Assembly (NCBI RefSeq): GCF_004010195.1 | Contig: NC_057719.1 | Coordinates: 20,922,881-20,975,211, forward strand | Origin: Chiloscyllium plagiosum | Lineage: Eukaryota | Length of the DNA: 52,331 nucleotides | Direction of reading: 5' to 3' | Shown: piece by piece, positions 12,799 to 25,624 of the stretch | Numbering within the stretch: position 1 is the first letter of the stretch | Layout of the letters: each line of letters begins with the position of its first letter | The notes under the pieces: generated by a model | Seen by the model: only the letters and a program-made list of their open reading frames with translations | Databases searched by the model: none | Told to the model about the DNA's origin: nothing | Translations under genes and position numbers: made by a program

Positions 12799-13444
12799 CA
12801 GGTCAGAAGTCACACGACATCAGGTTGTAGTCCAACAGGTTTATTTGCTATCACAAGCTGTTTCATCAACTGAAATGAAGAGAAGCATATAGGAATAGAA
12901 TTTTTTTGTAATTATCTTTCCGCCTCAATTAATTGGATCATAGGTCATCCCCTTCATTTACTATTCAGCTGTTGACATTTTACTCACACTCTCCGACACT
13001 TTTTATCTAGAAGAAAGTGAGGACTACAGATGATGGAGATCAGAGCTGAAAAATGTGTTGCTGGAAAAGCGCAGCAGGTCAGGCAGCATCAAAGGAGCAG
13101 GAGAATCGACATTTCAGGAATTCCTAAAGAAGGGCTTATGCCCGAAACATCGATTCTCCTGCTCCTTTGATGCTGCCTGACCTGCTGCGCTTTTCCAGCA
13201 ACACATTTTTCAGCTCTGACACTTTTTATCACCAACAAGACTTATTACTCAGCTTAACGACATTCCACTCACACTATTTGTATGACCTATTGATCTCTCT
13301 GGCGATAACTTCTGTGTCTGAAAGCTTTGCTTCTCTTCACCTGATGAAGGAGCAGTGCTTCAAAAGCTTGTGATTGGACTATCACCTGGTGTTGTGTGAC
13401 TTCTGACCTTGTCCACCCCAGTCCAACACCGGCACCTCCACATC
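12799..13444 (+). mobile_element. Non-coding PLE derivative with inverted termini (family A), with target-site duplication
   Basis: aggtcagaagtcacacgacatcagg at the left is inverted at ~13384-13409, followed by a 3' extension to 13444. Hammerhead at 13341-13369 (G12 mutated). Flanked by atagtctgcac (12788-12798) and atagtctgtac (13445-13455). Confidence 0.8.
13008..13217. mobile_element. Fold-back mini PLE derivative (family B), nested in the family A element
   Basis: Perfect ~68 bp inverted arms (13042-13109 vs 13150-13217), a mutated hammerhead at 13124-13151, and a 13-bp TSD gacactttttatc (12995-13007, 13218-13230). Confidence 0.88.
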
Positions 13445-14430
13445 ATAGTCTGTACAAGTGAGACATGTGCTTACAGAGAACAATCACACCCACAATAATG
13501 TAAATAACAGACATGAGACAGACAGCAGTCACTCATAGATAAGCAGAAACAATTATAAGACACAGACTATGAGCAAAGTCAAGTCTAGCCATTTCTCCAA
13601 CGTGCAGAATTGAAACCTGAGCCACAGCTTCAGAGAAACAGAAATAATATCACAGAAGGCGAAATAGTTTTACCGAAACAGTTGCCAACCAGTTATTGAG
13701 ACCAGTAGAAAATGGCAAATTCTGGGTAACGGGTCGACCTCTCCCTGGTAGGAGGGAGATTTGGTTCTGCTAGCCTTGCAGCTGGTGTTAGCAGTTGGAT
13801 ATGAGTCGTCAATGGTGATGTCTGGTAGATTTTAAGAAAATGTGCCTTTCAAAGTTAATATAGTTTTTATGGTTTATTGGTGAAGTGCACTCAATGGAAT
13901 CGAGGGATTTCAGCCACAAGGTTAACTGAACTTGATGGATCATCATGAAGCAAAGATGATTGTTCATTTTTAAACTTTTGTTAAAAAACTCAAAAAAATA
14001 AAATTTAAAATGAAATTCTTACAGGAATAACTGAATTCTCAACTGTAACAATTATTTATGAAATGAAATACTAAACTGCAACAATTATTTATAAATTAAA
14101 TTGATGTACATGGCTTCTTGTCTAGGTCTTGAGTCCTGTCCTATATATAGCTATTCATTTTGTACATTTCCCTTATCCCCACTTAGCCCCTGGTGTTGTG
14201 TGAAACATTAGCCATGAATGTTGAAGGTTATGTCTGTCATTACAGCTCAAAATGCACATCAATGGGAGTGATGAAAGAGAGTAGTCAGTGTCAAGACAAC
14301 AACATGGATACCTTTAATTCATTCAACTCGAATGATGAAAATAATGCATCAACTGTTCAGGAGTGTGGGTATGGCCTGCTGCAAACCGAAATCTCTTGGC
14401 CTGTCTCAGACTGAACACAACTTCACATTA

Positions 14431-14802
14431 GGTAAAAACAATGACTGCAGATGTTGGCAACCAGAGTTTTGATTAGTGGTGCTGGAAGAGCACAGCAGTT
14501 CAGGCAGCATCCGAGGAGCAGTAAAATCGACGTTTCGGGCAAAAGCCCTTCATCAGGATTAAAGGCAGGGAGCCTGAAGTGTGGAGAGATAAGCTAGAGG
14601 AGGGTGGGGGTGGGGAGAAAGTAGCACCAGGCGTCTGGTGGTGAGGGAGCGGCGGTGAAGGAGGCCCAGGACCTCCATGTCCTCGGCAGAGTGGGAGGGG
14701 CAGTTGAAATGTTGGGCCACAGAGCGGTGTGGTTGATTGGTGCGGGTGTCCTGGAGATGTTCCTTAAAGTGCTCTGCTAGGAGGCGTCCAGTCTCCCCAG
14801 TG
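14431..14802 (-). mobile_element. Penelope-like element fragment (family B): GIY-YIG part fused to hammerhead terminus
   Basis: Translates TGETGRLLAEHFKEHLQDTRTNQPHRSVAQHFN, a GIY-YIG segment, and carries an intact hammerhead at 14529-14556. Confidence 0.88.
14529..14556 (-). ncRNA. Minimal hammerhead ribozyme motif, intact core
   Basis: Reverse strand reads CTGATGA-A-GGGC TTTT GCCC-GAAAC-GTC. Confidence 0.8.
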
Positions 14803-14899
14803 TCAACTTCCTGCAGGGCAGTGTTGCACATTTTACCTTCTGCAAACTTAAAGCCATTTAAAACTGTTCCAACTTGCACGAAAGTCTGTTCACTCATCA

Positions 14900-15095
14900 C
14901 TGTGCAAGTTGGGTGAATTGGCCATGCTAAATGCCCATAATGTCCAGGGAGGTGTAGGTTATGAGCATTAGCCACAGAAAATTCAGGGTGACAGGGGTAG
15001 GGTTGTGGGATGGATTTGGGTTGGATGGTCTTCGGACGGTCAGAATGGACTTGTTGGGCCGAATGGCCTGTTTCCACACTGTAGGGATTCTATGA
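14900..15095 (+). mobile_element. HE1-like SINE, 3' half
   Basis: gaattggccatgctaaatgccc ... gggccgaatggcctgtttccacactgtagggattcta. Confidence 0.85.
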
Positions 15096-17497
15096 TCGCT
15101 CTTGGTCTCTCTAATTTACATTAGGTCCCAGTATGAACAATGTCTTGATTTTAAAATGCTCACCCTTGTTTACAAATCACTCCATAGCCTTGTATTCCCT
15201 ACTGCTATAATATTCTTTAACCCCACAATCCACTAAAACAATTGTGCATCTCCTATCCTTTTTAAAATATCATTATTTTTAATAACTGTAGCTATATGCC
15301 ACCTTTCACCACTTCATCTCATCTAAAAAAATTTTTGATAACTAAATTATTTCAAAATGTAATCAGTTGAGTATGCCACAACTTATTAACACATTGCAAG
15401 GTCCTACAAATAGTCATGGCATAAAGGACCTTTTTTAAATGCCATGGAATTGGTCCCTGCCCAAATTATGTGTACATCAGGGTGTACATGCAGGGGAAAC
15501 TGAAAGTCTCTGCTTCTCTAGGACTGGAAGATAAAGTCAAGGTCTCTATAAACACAAGGGTTCTTGTTTAGAAACTGAAGAACAGTAGATCACAGTCATG
15601 CTTTGCACATTTTGTTTCCATAAATAGTAATAGATCTATCATGGAGAAAACTACTAAGTTCCTAAATTGAGTGAAGGGCTTACAAATAATAGTGAAGTTG
15701 AGCAGAAGATTAAAGCTGGCAGCTGTGATTGAGAATCAAGCTGCCTTACATCAGTTGCTGCTAAATGAGACAAATAGCTGCAAAGGCATTTTGAGCTGGG
15801 GAAATGCCAAAATGGAACACAGAATGGAAGCTGCACTTTTTCTTAAAGTGCTCGAGCAACAAAGGCGTTTGCATTTTGCTTTGAATTACACTTGACTAAA
15901 AAATATTGAAAATGCAATCACACAATGAGACTGACCCTTCTCCACTACAGCATAGTATTTACATAATACACCTGAGATCTAACTACACCTAAGAGAGCCA
16001 GAAAGAATTTTGGCAATACACAAACTATGTCAGCTATTACAGTACCATGTCAGAGAATGTTGCAATATAAAACAGCAAAAGAGCTGCGATGTCTTCGTGT
16101 TTAAGTTCCAAAACTCATGTTGCACACTTAATACAAAGAAGTACAATGCTGTATAATAATGTGATGATGAAAATCTGGAATTCTAAGTATTAGAGGCCTT
16201 GAACTATCAGTTCACACATTTTATTTTCTGGCTGATACAGTGCGGCTTAAAGGCGCAGATGTTAGCGACTCAAAATACATTGGGTGAAGCAGTTCCAAAC
16301 TTGTGGACTGAACCGATAGGATCATTAGAAGGGTGTGCAGCTTGCCACCAAGATTTAAATGAATCTCAAACTCAAGATGTTTCTGATTTCCGTGTGCACG
16401 TGCTGGGAGAAGGGCTGATCCTTTCTACATCCAAAATTGAAAAACACACTGCATGCATTTTTAAGAATGATAAGCAACTCATTTTCTCATGTGGGTCCTG
16501 AAGTCTGAGATACTGAAGCTTTCATTATGTTTTAAGTTCTTTAAATTGCTGTGTGAGCAATGGATTGGCACACATTTGGATCAGTGTACAGACTGTGGTT
16601 CAGCAGTGAGTGACATGACATTGAGCATACTTATGTTTAGATGGACATAAATAATATATTTTGAAGTGTGAGAAAGGTTAAAAATACAGTGGCTTACACA
16701 GCAAGCTCCTGCAAACATATAACACCTTCCAAACCACATAACACCAACCATTGCAATTTGCTTTCTTACCACAACCTTTTCCTTTTTCCCAATTTCTTAA
16801 AAACCTTCATTATTATGATTTTCTCCGGTATTTCCTGTGGTTGAAAATCTCCACCTAGATTAATTACCTCCTCATTAATTGTAAAGTCCAGTCTCCTAGT
16901 ATTAAATACCTTTATTATAATTAATCAACTTCATCAATAGAAATACTGTCAACAGAGCAGAGCCAAAATTAAAGTCCAGTGATTTGATATCTTTAATAAA
17001 ATTACTGGCTTGTGGTCACTTGTAGGGATCCATTACATTCTCTGCAAATGGCTACTTGTGTACTTGATGATAACCTGAAATGTCCATGTTCACTTGCAAC
17101 TTTGATCTGGTGCCAATAGGTTAGAGTAATAGGACTCAAAAACATGCTCCTTGCAATTTTCTGATTGTGCTCACAATGGCATTCTAATCATCATGAAGAT
17201 GTTAAGGATAAATGCTTTATCCAGTGTTGGAATGTTACACAAATCAAACTGAACAAAGAAGGTTGTTAATAAATATATCTGTTTTTCAGAAATTAAATAC
17301 AGTGGGAAGAATGTAATCCAAGCATACGGGGGTTCAATGGACTACCAGATAAGCAATGAGGATAATGAGTTGCCTCGATAGAAAGGTCTGGCATATTAAG
17401 TGCCAATCAGTCATGTAAGTGGCCAGCAGCAGCCCATTCCTCGAGAAGGGCCCTGGACTTGGAAACCCCATTCTTGGTAGCAGCTGCTGGCCAATAG

Positions 17498-17659
17498 AAG
17501 CAGGTTTGAAAAGTGTGGCACTGGGAAAACACAGCAGGTCAGGCAGCATCTGAGGAGCAGGAGAATCAACGTTTCGGGCATAAGCCCTTCAGCATTCCTG
17601 CTTTCCCAGCACCACACTTTCCATCTCTGATCACCAGCATCTACTGTCCTTACTTTCTC
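17498..17659. mobile_element. Fold-back mini PLE derivative (family B)
   Basis: Inverted arms aaagtgtggcactgggaaa / tttcccagcaccacacttt, a partial hammerhead at ~17568-17593 on the minus strand, and an 11-bp TSD ctggccaatag (17487-17497, 17660-17670). Confidence 0.85.
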
Positions 17660-17959
17660 CTGGCCAATAGGCAATGCACCCAGGAAGTGTCAGCAGCTGC
17701 CATCAATGCACTAGCCAGAGACCCAGGAGTGGAGAGGAATATGACACAGGAGAGTGAGGGAGAGGCTGCAGACTGGGAGATTGTGCACTAAGGCACTGTC
17801 ATCAGGTTTCCCCTGAAGCTCGGTCCTTCAAGAAGAATTCAGCACGTAATATCAAGGGGCACCACCTTCTTAAAGATTCACGAACAGCAAACGCATGGGA
17901 GCACCATCACTTGCAAGTTCCCCTCCAGCCACTCAGCATCCTGAACTGCAAATATATCG

Positions 17960-18445
17960 ACCACAGAATGCATTCTATCTAGATGCATCATAGCTTGGTA
18001 CGGCAACTGCTCTGGCCAGGACTGCAAGAAACTGCAGAGTTGTGACCACAGCCCAGTCCATCATGCAAGCCAAGCTTCCATCCACTGACTCCACCTATCA
18101 TTCCTGATGTCTCAGGAAGGCAGCCAACATCATCAAAGAGCCCTCCCACCCCAGTCATAATCTCTTCCGACTTCTTCCACTGGCAGAAGGTACAAAAGCT
18201 GAAACACATGAACCAACAAATTCAAGAACAGCTTCTTCCCCGCTGTTAATAGAGTTCTGAATGGACCTCTCAGATTTCAAATTTAATGTTGATCTTGTTC
18301 TTTATGTATCTTCTCTGCAGCCGTAACATTATATTCTTCACTCTCTTCTATTACAATAAAGCACTTTGTATGGTGTGATCTGCTTGTGCTGCACAAAAAC
18401 AAAACTTTTCACTGTACCTAGGTACATGCGACAATAAAAAATCCA
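17960..18445 (+). mobile_element. Rex1/Babar-type LINE 3' fragment, inserted in a family B LINE tail (~17865-17960 and ~18460-18650)
   Basis: Translates with frameshifts as CIIAWYGNCSGQDCKKLQ..RKAANIIKEPSHP..GRRYKS..FKNSFFPAV, the Rex1 C-terminal domain. An A-rich end follows. Confidence 0.8.
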
Positions 18446-19149
18446 ATCAAATAAAAAATTCCTTCAGTGTCACTAAGTAAAAATCCTGGTATTCCCTCTC
18501 TAGAGGTAATTGTGGGCATACCTGCACTAAATGGACTATACATCTTCAAGAAGACAGCATACCACCACCTTATAAGTGGAAAATAGGGACAGACAGTAAA
18601 TACCGACCCAACCAGCAATGCCCACATTCTGAGAGTGAATTTTAAAAAAGTAACATTAATTGCTTTTATGGCTTCGGTTGGTATTAATGAAAAGGTGACC
18701 ACGATCTTTCCCTTTCCCAACATAATTGGGGCAGAGGCTTAAAGGCAATCATGCCTCCACCCCACATCCTCTAACTTCTTCAGGTCCTATCTCTTCATCT
18801 AGGGTAGACCTGTCCTTTAAATCCCCCCAATAAATTAAACATCTTCGAATGCAGGTGGCAGGATGCCATCCAGTACGAGAGCTCCATGATTGACACAACG
18901 TATTTAAATCCAAACGAAATAAGAAGGATTTTGACATCTCACCTTCTTTTTGAGAACTTGCAAAGAATGGAGCAGAAAGAAAAAAAAAATCTGTGGAGAT
19001 CTGAAAAATGAGAAACAATGGAAGATAAGAGCGGGAAAAGATTAGCAAGCAGCATAAAAGAGAAACAATAACATATTTTACAAAGATATAGAGGGAAAAG
19101 ATAGTGAAAGGAAGAATGGGGTTGATTAGGGAGCAAAAATTATATCTTC

Positions 19150-19622
19150 CAGCAAAGGTTCACCAGACTGATTCCCATGTTGGCAGGATCGACATATGAA
19201 GAAAGACTGAGTCAACTGGGCTTGTACTCATTGGAATTTAGAAAAATGAAGTGGGAATCGCATATAAAGTCCTGATGGGAATGGACAGGCTATGTTTGGG
19301 AAGAGTGTTCCCAATGTTGGGAAAGTTCTGAACTAGGGGTCATAGGAGACGAATAAGCAGTAAGGCATTCAGGACTGAGATAAGGAAGAATTTCTTCACA
19401 CAGAGAGTTGTGAACCTATGAAACTCTTTCCCACAGAAAGCTGTTGGGGTCAGTTCATCAGATGTATTCAAGAGACAGATGGATGGGGCCCTTGCTATTA
19501 AAGAGGTCAAGGGGTATGGAGAGAAAGCGCGAGTGGGTTACTGAAATTGCTTGATTAGCCATGACCATATTAAATGATGGTGCAGGCTCAAAGGGCTGAA
19601 TGGCCTACTCCTGTACCTACTT
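19150..19622 (+). mobile_element. CR1 LINE 3' fragment
   Basis: QQRFTRLIP..YEERLSQLGLYSLEFRK, TRGH and FFTQRVVNL. Confidence 0.88.
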
Positions 19623-20094
19623 TTCATCTGGAGGCAGGGATATTATTATGCTATGAAACAATAATTTTGCGTCAGTCTTCGTGAAAGGACATGATGTCAG
19701 TGTGGAGTAAGAGTGGCGGAGAAATAATTGGATATAAGTCGCTAAAGGTTCTAAAAGGATCTGCAGTACTTGACATGGAAACAGCACCTGATTCAAAAGG
19801 GATTCAAATTACTGAGGAAAGTAAGTGGAGGTCATGGCTTTACATTTTCAATTCTCTTTAAACCAGGCTTTATCAGAGGAACAGTGAGCTAAAAATGTTG
19901 CACCTTTCTTCATAAATGGACATCGGGATAATCCTGGCATCAATGGATCTGCCAACTCAGAACAGGCAAATGTTTATAATCTATAACCTGGAACAAAATT
20001 GGAAAAATATCAATTCATAAATAAATGCCAGCATACATTTTGCAAGACCAATCAAGACTGATGTATTTGGTTGAGTTATTTGATTAAATAGCAG

Positions 20095-20580
20095 AGAGTC
20101 ATAGAATCATAGACTCATACAGCACAGAAACAGATCCTTTGGTCCCATTTGTTCCTATGAAACCGACATCTCAATCTGATCTGATCGTTTTTGCCAACTT
20201 TTGGCCAATTTCTCTTTAAACCTTTCCTCTCCATATATCCATTCAGATGCTTTTTGCATGTTGTAATTGTACCCACCTCCACCACCTCCTCTGGCAGCTC
20301 TGTGTGTAAAGGTTATCCTCAGGTCCATTTTAAATCTTTTCCTTCTCACCTTAAACTCATGCCCTCTAGTTTTAGACTCCCTTACCCTCGGAAAAAAGGC
20401 ATTGGCTATTCACCTTATTCACGCCCCTTGTGATTTTATAAACTTCCATAAGGTCACCCCTCAGCCTCCAATGCTCCAGGGAAAAAAGCCCTCACCTATT
20501 TAACCTCTCCCTTTAACACAAGCCCTCCACTCCCGGCATGATCTTTGTAAATCTTTTCTGAACCTTCTCAAGTTTAACAA
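20095..20580 (-). mobile_element. CR1 3' fragment inserted antisense in a very old + strand CR1 remnant (~19660-21260)
   Basis: Tail agagtcatagaatcatagactcata; homologous to 4096-4580. Confidence 0.85.
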
Positions 20581-23011
20581 GAGGGTTGAGAAATTTTAAA
20601 AAAGAGTTTGAAAAGTAAGTTCATAGGTTAAAGGGGCAGTAACAGCACAGATAGAAGTCTAGCTCAGAGACCAAAGGTTGAGAAAATCAATGGATAGTTG
20701 TTTACAAACTGTAAGAAAGTATACACTGGTGTTATTAAGGGAAATATGTTTGCAACCTGAAGCTGGGTACAAAAGAAGAAATTTAAAAGTTTATGAAAAT
20801 TGCAGAACTCTCATATGCCATTAACATTAAGAAAGACAGCAAACATTTGGACAACAGTGAAATGTGCAAAACACGTTAGATGGAATACAATTGAGAAATA
20901 AAGCAGTGATACATTTTGGAAGAATAATTAAAGGCTAGATCAATGAAGTGGTGTAATGTAAAAGGATGAACCTGAGGGTTTATGTATTACGTTTTTCTGA
21001 AGGTGGAAAGCATGTGGGATCCCGTGTTTGACAAATAGAGGCATGGAGCACAAAAACAAGAAAGTTGTACAAATCATGTGCAAATCACTGGGTAGGTGTC
21101 AAGTCTGAGCATTGCATCGCAGGAAAGATATGACAGCTTAAAGAGTGAAAAAAAAACTCAAATCAGTAAACAATAACATGGTTCTGATGATAGAACAGAA
21201 AGTGAGATTAATTGGATAACTCAACGAGCTAGCATGAGCATGGGTGACTGAATGGCTTCCTCCTCTGATTTTGAGTTCTTGCCCTGTATAAAATTTAAAC
21301 AACTGGAAGAAGAGATTCTCCTGGTCAGATATGAATATGAAATAAATATTCTCTAAAGATAACCAACGGTGTAATAATGGTGTAAATCTATGTTGTAGTA
21401 ATGATGGATTAAATTATTTTCAGCAATGTCTAATTGGGCACTTCTGTCAAATAGCTGACACAGGCATGATGGGCTAAATGACCTACTTGTGAATTGTTAG
21501 ATTTTACAATTCTACAATTCTGATCCTCAAGGGTATAAGAAATAACAAATCACTGCTGTACAGTCAAGAATGTTAGCAAGTAAACTTAGTGCTATATTTG
21601 TTCCCCTCAATTTGTGTTTGCACTAGAGTTGTGCTCATTAAGGTGAAGGATGACAGTGCTATGGGAATGAAATGTTATTAGAATTAATCCGCAACGCTGT
21701 CATTCCTCATTTTGATCTGCATAAACACTCCACAAGAAAACAACAAAATGATTTGTCTTAGGCAAAAAAAAGTTGCTGAAACTATGAAAAAAAGTTATGT
21801 CTTCAGGCTGTAAACAGTCTTATGCAGGATAAGTTCAGGCCATCTCAAACGCGGTTCTAATTGCCTTGGGCGGACAGCATAAAATGTGACCCAACACTAA
21901 TTAGTAGTGACTTCGCTCTCAGTTGGAATGCTTCTTTAGGGAAATGCAAAGATGTCAATTCTATAATCTAGTTGAAGATGTTCGAACCCAGGTTAGAGAG
22001 AAACAAAGCACATTGTTGGGCAGAGTCAAAGCAGCCACAATTTGCATCAATCCAGACCCCTCAAACTACTCAGTGCAATGGTGGCAACGTCAAGAAGAGA
22101 AGTGTTCCATCCATAAGCATGAGCTGGTAGAGAGAAACAAATGTATTTTTCTTTTCAATTACTTTTCCCTCCTATAAAATGATGCCTTCTGTCTCCAGGC
22201 ATAATGTCCAAGGTGGTAATCAGGCTTCCTAGTTGATTATGAGACATCACTTCCTTTGGAAATGAGACAAGATTGCTGAGAGGCATAGTGAATGAAATTG
22301 TTGAAGGCTCAATCAGCGAGCTGAATGAAAATACCTGATTGGTATCTGCAGCTTACTGCTTTCATGCAGATGAGGCCTAATTTTGAATGGGCCTCATGCT
22401 GACATCTGAGAGATTACTTTGTGATTCTGATTTTGCTTTCATAACGACTGTGAATTGAAATCGCACCCCCCTTTGCTCCATTACATTTCACCGTCAAAGG
22501 TTACAGCTTTCAAAGCTTTTTTGTTAAATTATTATTGTGTTGGATTTCCATTGTATTCAGATAAAACAATAAAGCAACACAATTTGGCACCAAGATGCAT
22601 GTCAACATCTTTTTATAATGTGGCAACAATAATTTATTGTTCACTATTATAATAAATGATTTGGCTCAGCTGTTGTACTGCTGAAATTTCAGTAGTCAAT
22701 CTCCACTGAAATTCAGTTGCAATCCAAAGGGTTTGCCACATTGATGTTAACACCACAAGGGGATTTCTTGACTGGAAGGTTATTTTTCAGGTGTTGGGAC
22801 CATTTCCAGGTTCCAAATTTGCCGGCAATGAGGCAAAGGGAGGGATGGAGAAATGATGGAATTAGGTGGAAGTACCAACAGTGGTGATGCAGAAGCAGGA
22901 GAGATGGTGAAGTGGCCCTAGCAAGTGATAGAGAAGCACAGAGAGCAGGAAGGGTTCGTAACTTCTGACACTGAGGTGAGTGAGAGCTATTGAGTGGACA
23001 TGATACATGCG

Positions 23012-23150
23012 ATTAGATTAGATGAGATTCCCTACAGTATGGAAACAGGCTCTTTGGCCCAACAAGTCCACACCCACCCTCCTAGGAGTAATGACCCATT
23101 CCCCTACCCTATATTTACCCCTGACTAATGCACCTAACACTATGGGGCGA
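23012..23150 (-). mobile_element. HE1-like SINE 3' fragment
   Basis: attagattagatgagattccctacagtatggaaacaggc...gcacctaacactatggg. Confidence 0.8.
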
Positions 23151-24439
23151 TATTGAGAGATCTTGCTATTTAGTGAGATACATATGCAGAGGTAAGCATG
23201 AGTGGTGGCCCAGTGAGAGACAAAATAGTAGCCTTGTGGAGTGCAGAAGATCATTGACCTACTTGCTGACCTGTGGACTCAGGTCTCAGCACTGACCAGT
23301 GCAGTACCTTCTGTCTAAACTGGCTTGGTTTGGTGGCAGAGTCTCCCATGCCAGTTGGCTAAAAAAGGGACAACTTTTCTTTCCCCCATTCTGTCCAACA
23401 AATGTCTCCAGGTCTCTGTTTACAAAGCAACGATCAAGCTTTCCTTTCTTTCAGGGCATTAGTCAAATGCTAAGGTTCCAGCAGCACAGCGTGGGGAGGG
23501 AGTTCATGGCTTGAAGCTTGTGAAGTGGAACCACAGACATAAAAGCTGGAATGCCCTGTCTCTGGCGAACACTTATACCTCACCAACTGCACAACCTCTT
23601 AAGAAAAGTGCCCACTGTCTCAGTTACATAATGAAGTGAAGAGTGGTAGGTCATATGAAGGAAGGCATTCTGAACTATGACAATCCCAGGTGTCATGATT
23701 CTCCCTCTGTAAAACGCTTCAAATAAAAATGTGAATATTCTACCCATTATGTCTGCCAGGACTTGTTGAAAAGAGATCATACAATAAGGATAAAACTAAT
23801 ATCACACAAAAAAAAACAAACAGGTTGTTTTCTATTGGATGTCTGAAAGCACTTTCTGAACACAGGTACATTTATGGTGTGAGTCACTGTCGCGGTCTAA
23901 AAGGCATGGCAGACTAGTTGACCTCAGTAAGCACCCACAAATGGAGTAATGTTAAGACAATCTGCTTTGGGGTTTTAATTAAAGAACAATTACTGGCCAG
24001 GACGCTGGAGGTAACTCACCGCTCCTCCTCAAGATATGCCCATTTGAGAAATGAGATTGCTGACAGGGTAGCACTGCCTCAGTATGAATGGAGAATCAAC
24101 TTCGATTTTGGATATGATCAGTTGCACATCGTCTTAACTGCACTGTTACCTTCACACACTGCTTGATGCACAGAGGCATTTGATTAAAAAGCCTCTTTAA
24201 AAAGTATAGTGCAGACCCGTTGTGTAGTAAGATTCGTTGTGTTTTTTTTTCTGTGTTGCTATCCCAATTCGAACACATTCTGAAACTGCGCAAGCTTTTA
24301 TGCATCATTAGCAACGAATACTCTCTCTGCTCGTTTGCTTGTCGCAAGCAGCATTCAGTGAACCTCCAGGCAGAGGTCAGCATCAGATACCCTCATCTTA
24401 AAAGAAGAAGCCTCTGAACCCTCAGAGAATGTACAGGTA

Positions 24440-24975
24440 AGGCTTTCACCTGTACCCTTCACCAGCGCAGAAACCTTCACCTTGGTTTGTCCTCTATCGT
24501 TTTAGACTCTGGGGCACAATCTGTCGAGCACATCACTGACATATCTCCACAGCTAGTTGTAAAGAAAATGCCCCAGGTCTTAAGCACTCAGTAGACTGCC
24601 GGAGGTCAGGCACCTGCTCAGCCCCAGGTAATACATGAGTCCCTGATCTCAGCCATCAATGATTCAGTCAAATTGCACAGAGAGGCACAGAAGCAGCATG
24701 CAGGTTTAACACAATAGTAAGCTGGATCCTACGATAGAAGAGTCCACCAACATTTGCAGTATCACACTGACTCTGGCGTGCATGCATTTAGCTTTCTCCA
24801 TGGGCACATTAGCACAGTCACAGAGACCCATTTAGCAGTAATGGCGAAGTGAGGGGGAGTCAAAATATCTCAACCTTACTTGAGGTGACCTACCCTTGCC
24901 AGACAGAAGGTGGTGTCAGAAGGCACCAAAATGGAGGATGAGTTAAGACATCCTGAATCTTCTTCTCAAGACACA
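24440..24975 (+). mobile_element. Possible decayed DNA-transposon (Harbinger-type accessory ORF) remnant
   Basis: Broken frame fragments TSAETFTLV, LDSGAQSVEHITDISPQL and IEESTN resemble, from recall, the low-complexity C-terminus of Harbinger Myb/SANT proteins. No catalytic motif is visible. Confidence 0.25.
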
Positions 24976-25624
24976 CCAGTATTGCTAGATCCCGCCATCT
25001 CCTTTCTGATTGCAAATCCTGCTATGGCAGATAGTGGAATTTGAATCCAATAAAGAATCTGGAATTAAAAGTCTAATAATGACCATGAAACCATTGTCAA
25101 TTGTCATAAAACCCATCTGGTTCGTTAATGATCTTTTGGGAAGGAAACTGCCATCTTTAGCTGATCACAGCAACGTGGTTGATTCTTCTGGGCAATTAAG
25201 AATGTGCAAGAATTGCTGGCCTAGCCAGAGATGCCTTTATCCCCTGAGGGAATAAAAAAAGATATCCCCAAACCTTTAGCAGCTCAAGCCAAAGAGGGTG
25301 AGCTTCATCTAGGCAGAAGACCACAATCAGGCCTGGGTCCCAAAGCCCAAAGGTATCAAGGAAAATCTTCTCAAGTCTTTCAGTCCAACTGGGTTAACCA
25401 TACAGCAGGCTCCCTCCTGCCCAGCTTTCAATTCATTTGCAAATTAGCGCTTCTGGTTAAACTGTTAGATAGACTGGTCTCTAAACAGTGACAGTGTAAC
25501 AGCTAGTTGATTGACATATAATCAGCCTTTCTTTCATTAAAATCAGGGACCTAAGAGACCAAAGAAATTTCAGACTGAGTGTTTTGCTGTTTTTACCTAT
25601 ATATTACAACTTCTTAAAAAATTG

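Noticed and set aside
14193..16501. ORFs 14193-14414, 15671-15895 and 16199-16501 in non-repeat DNA
   Set aside because: They have non-ATG starts, no recognisable domain, and lengths compatible with chance.
18943..19000. Possible minus-strand micro-exon ending AAG|gtgaga after a pyrimidine tract
   Set aside because: There are several alternative acceptors, it is too short to identify, and such signals are common by chance.
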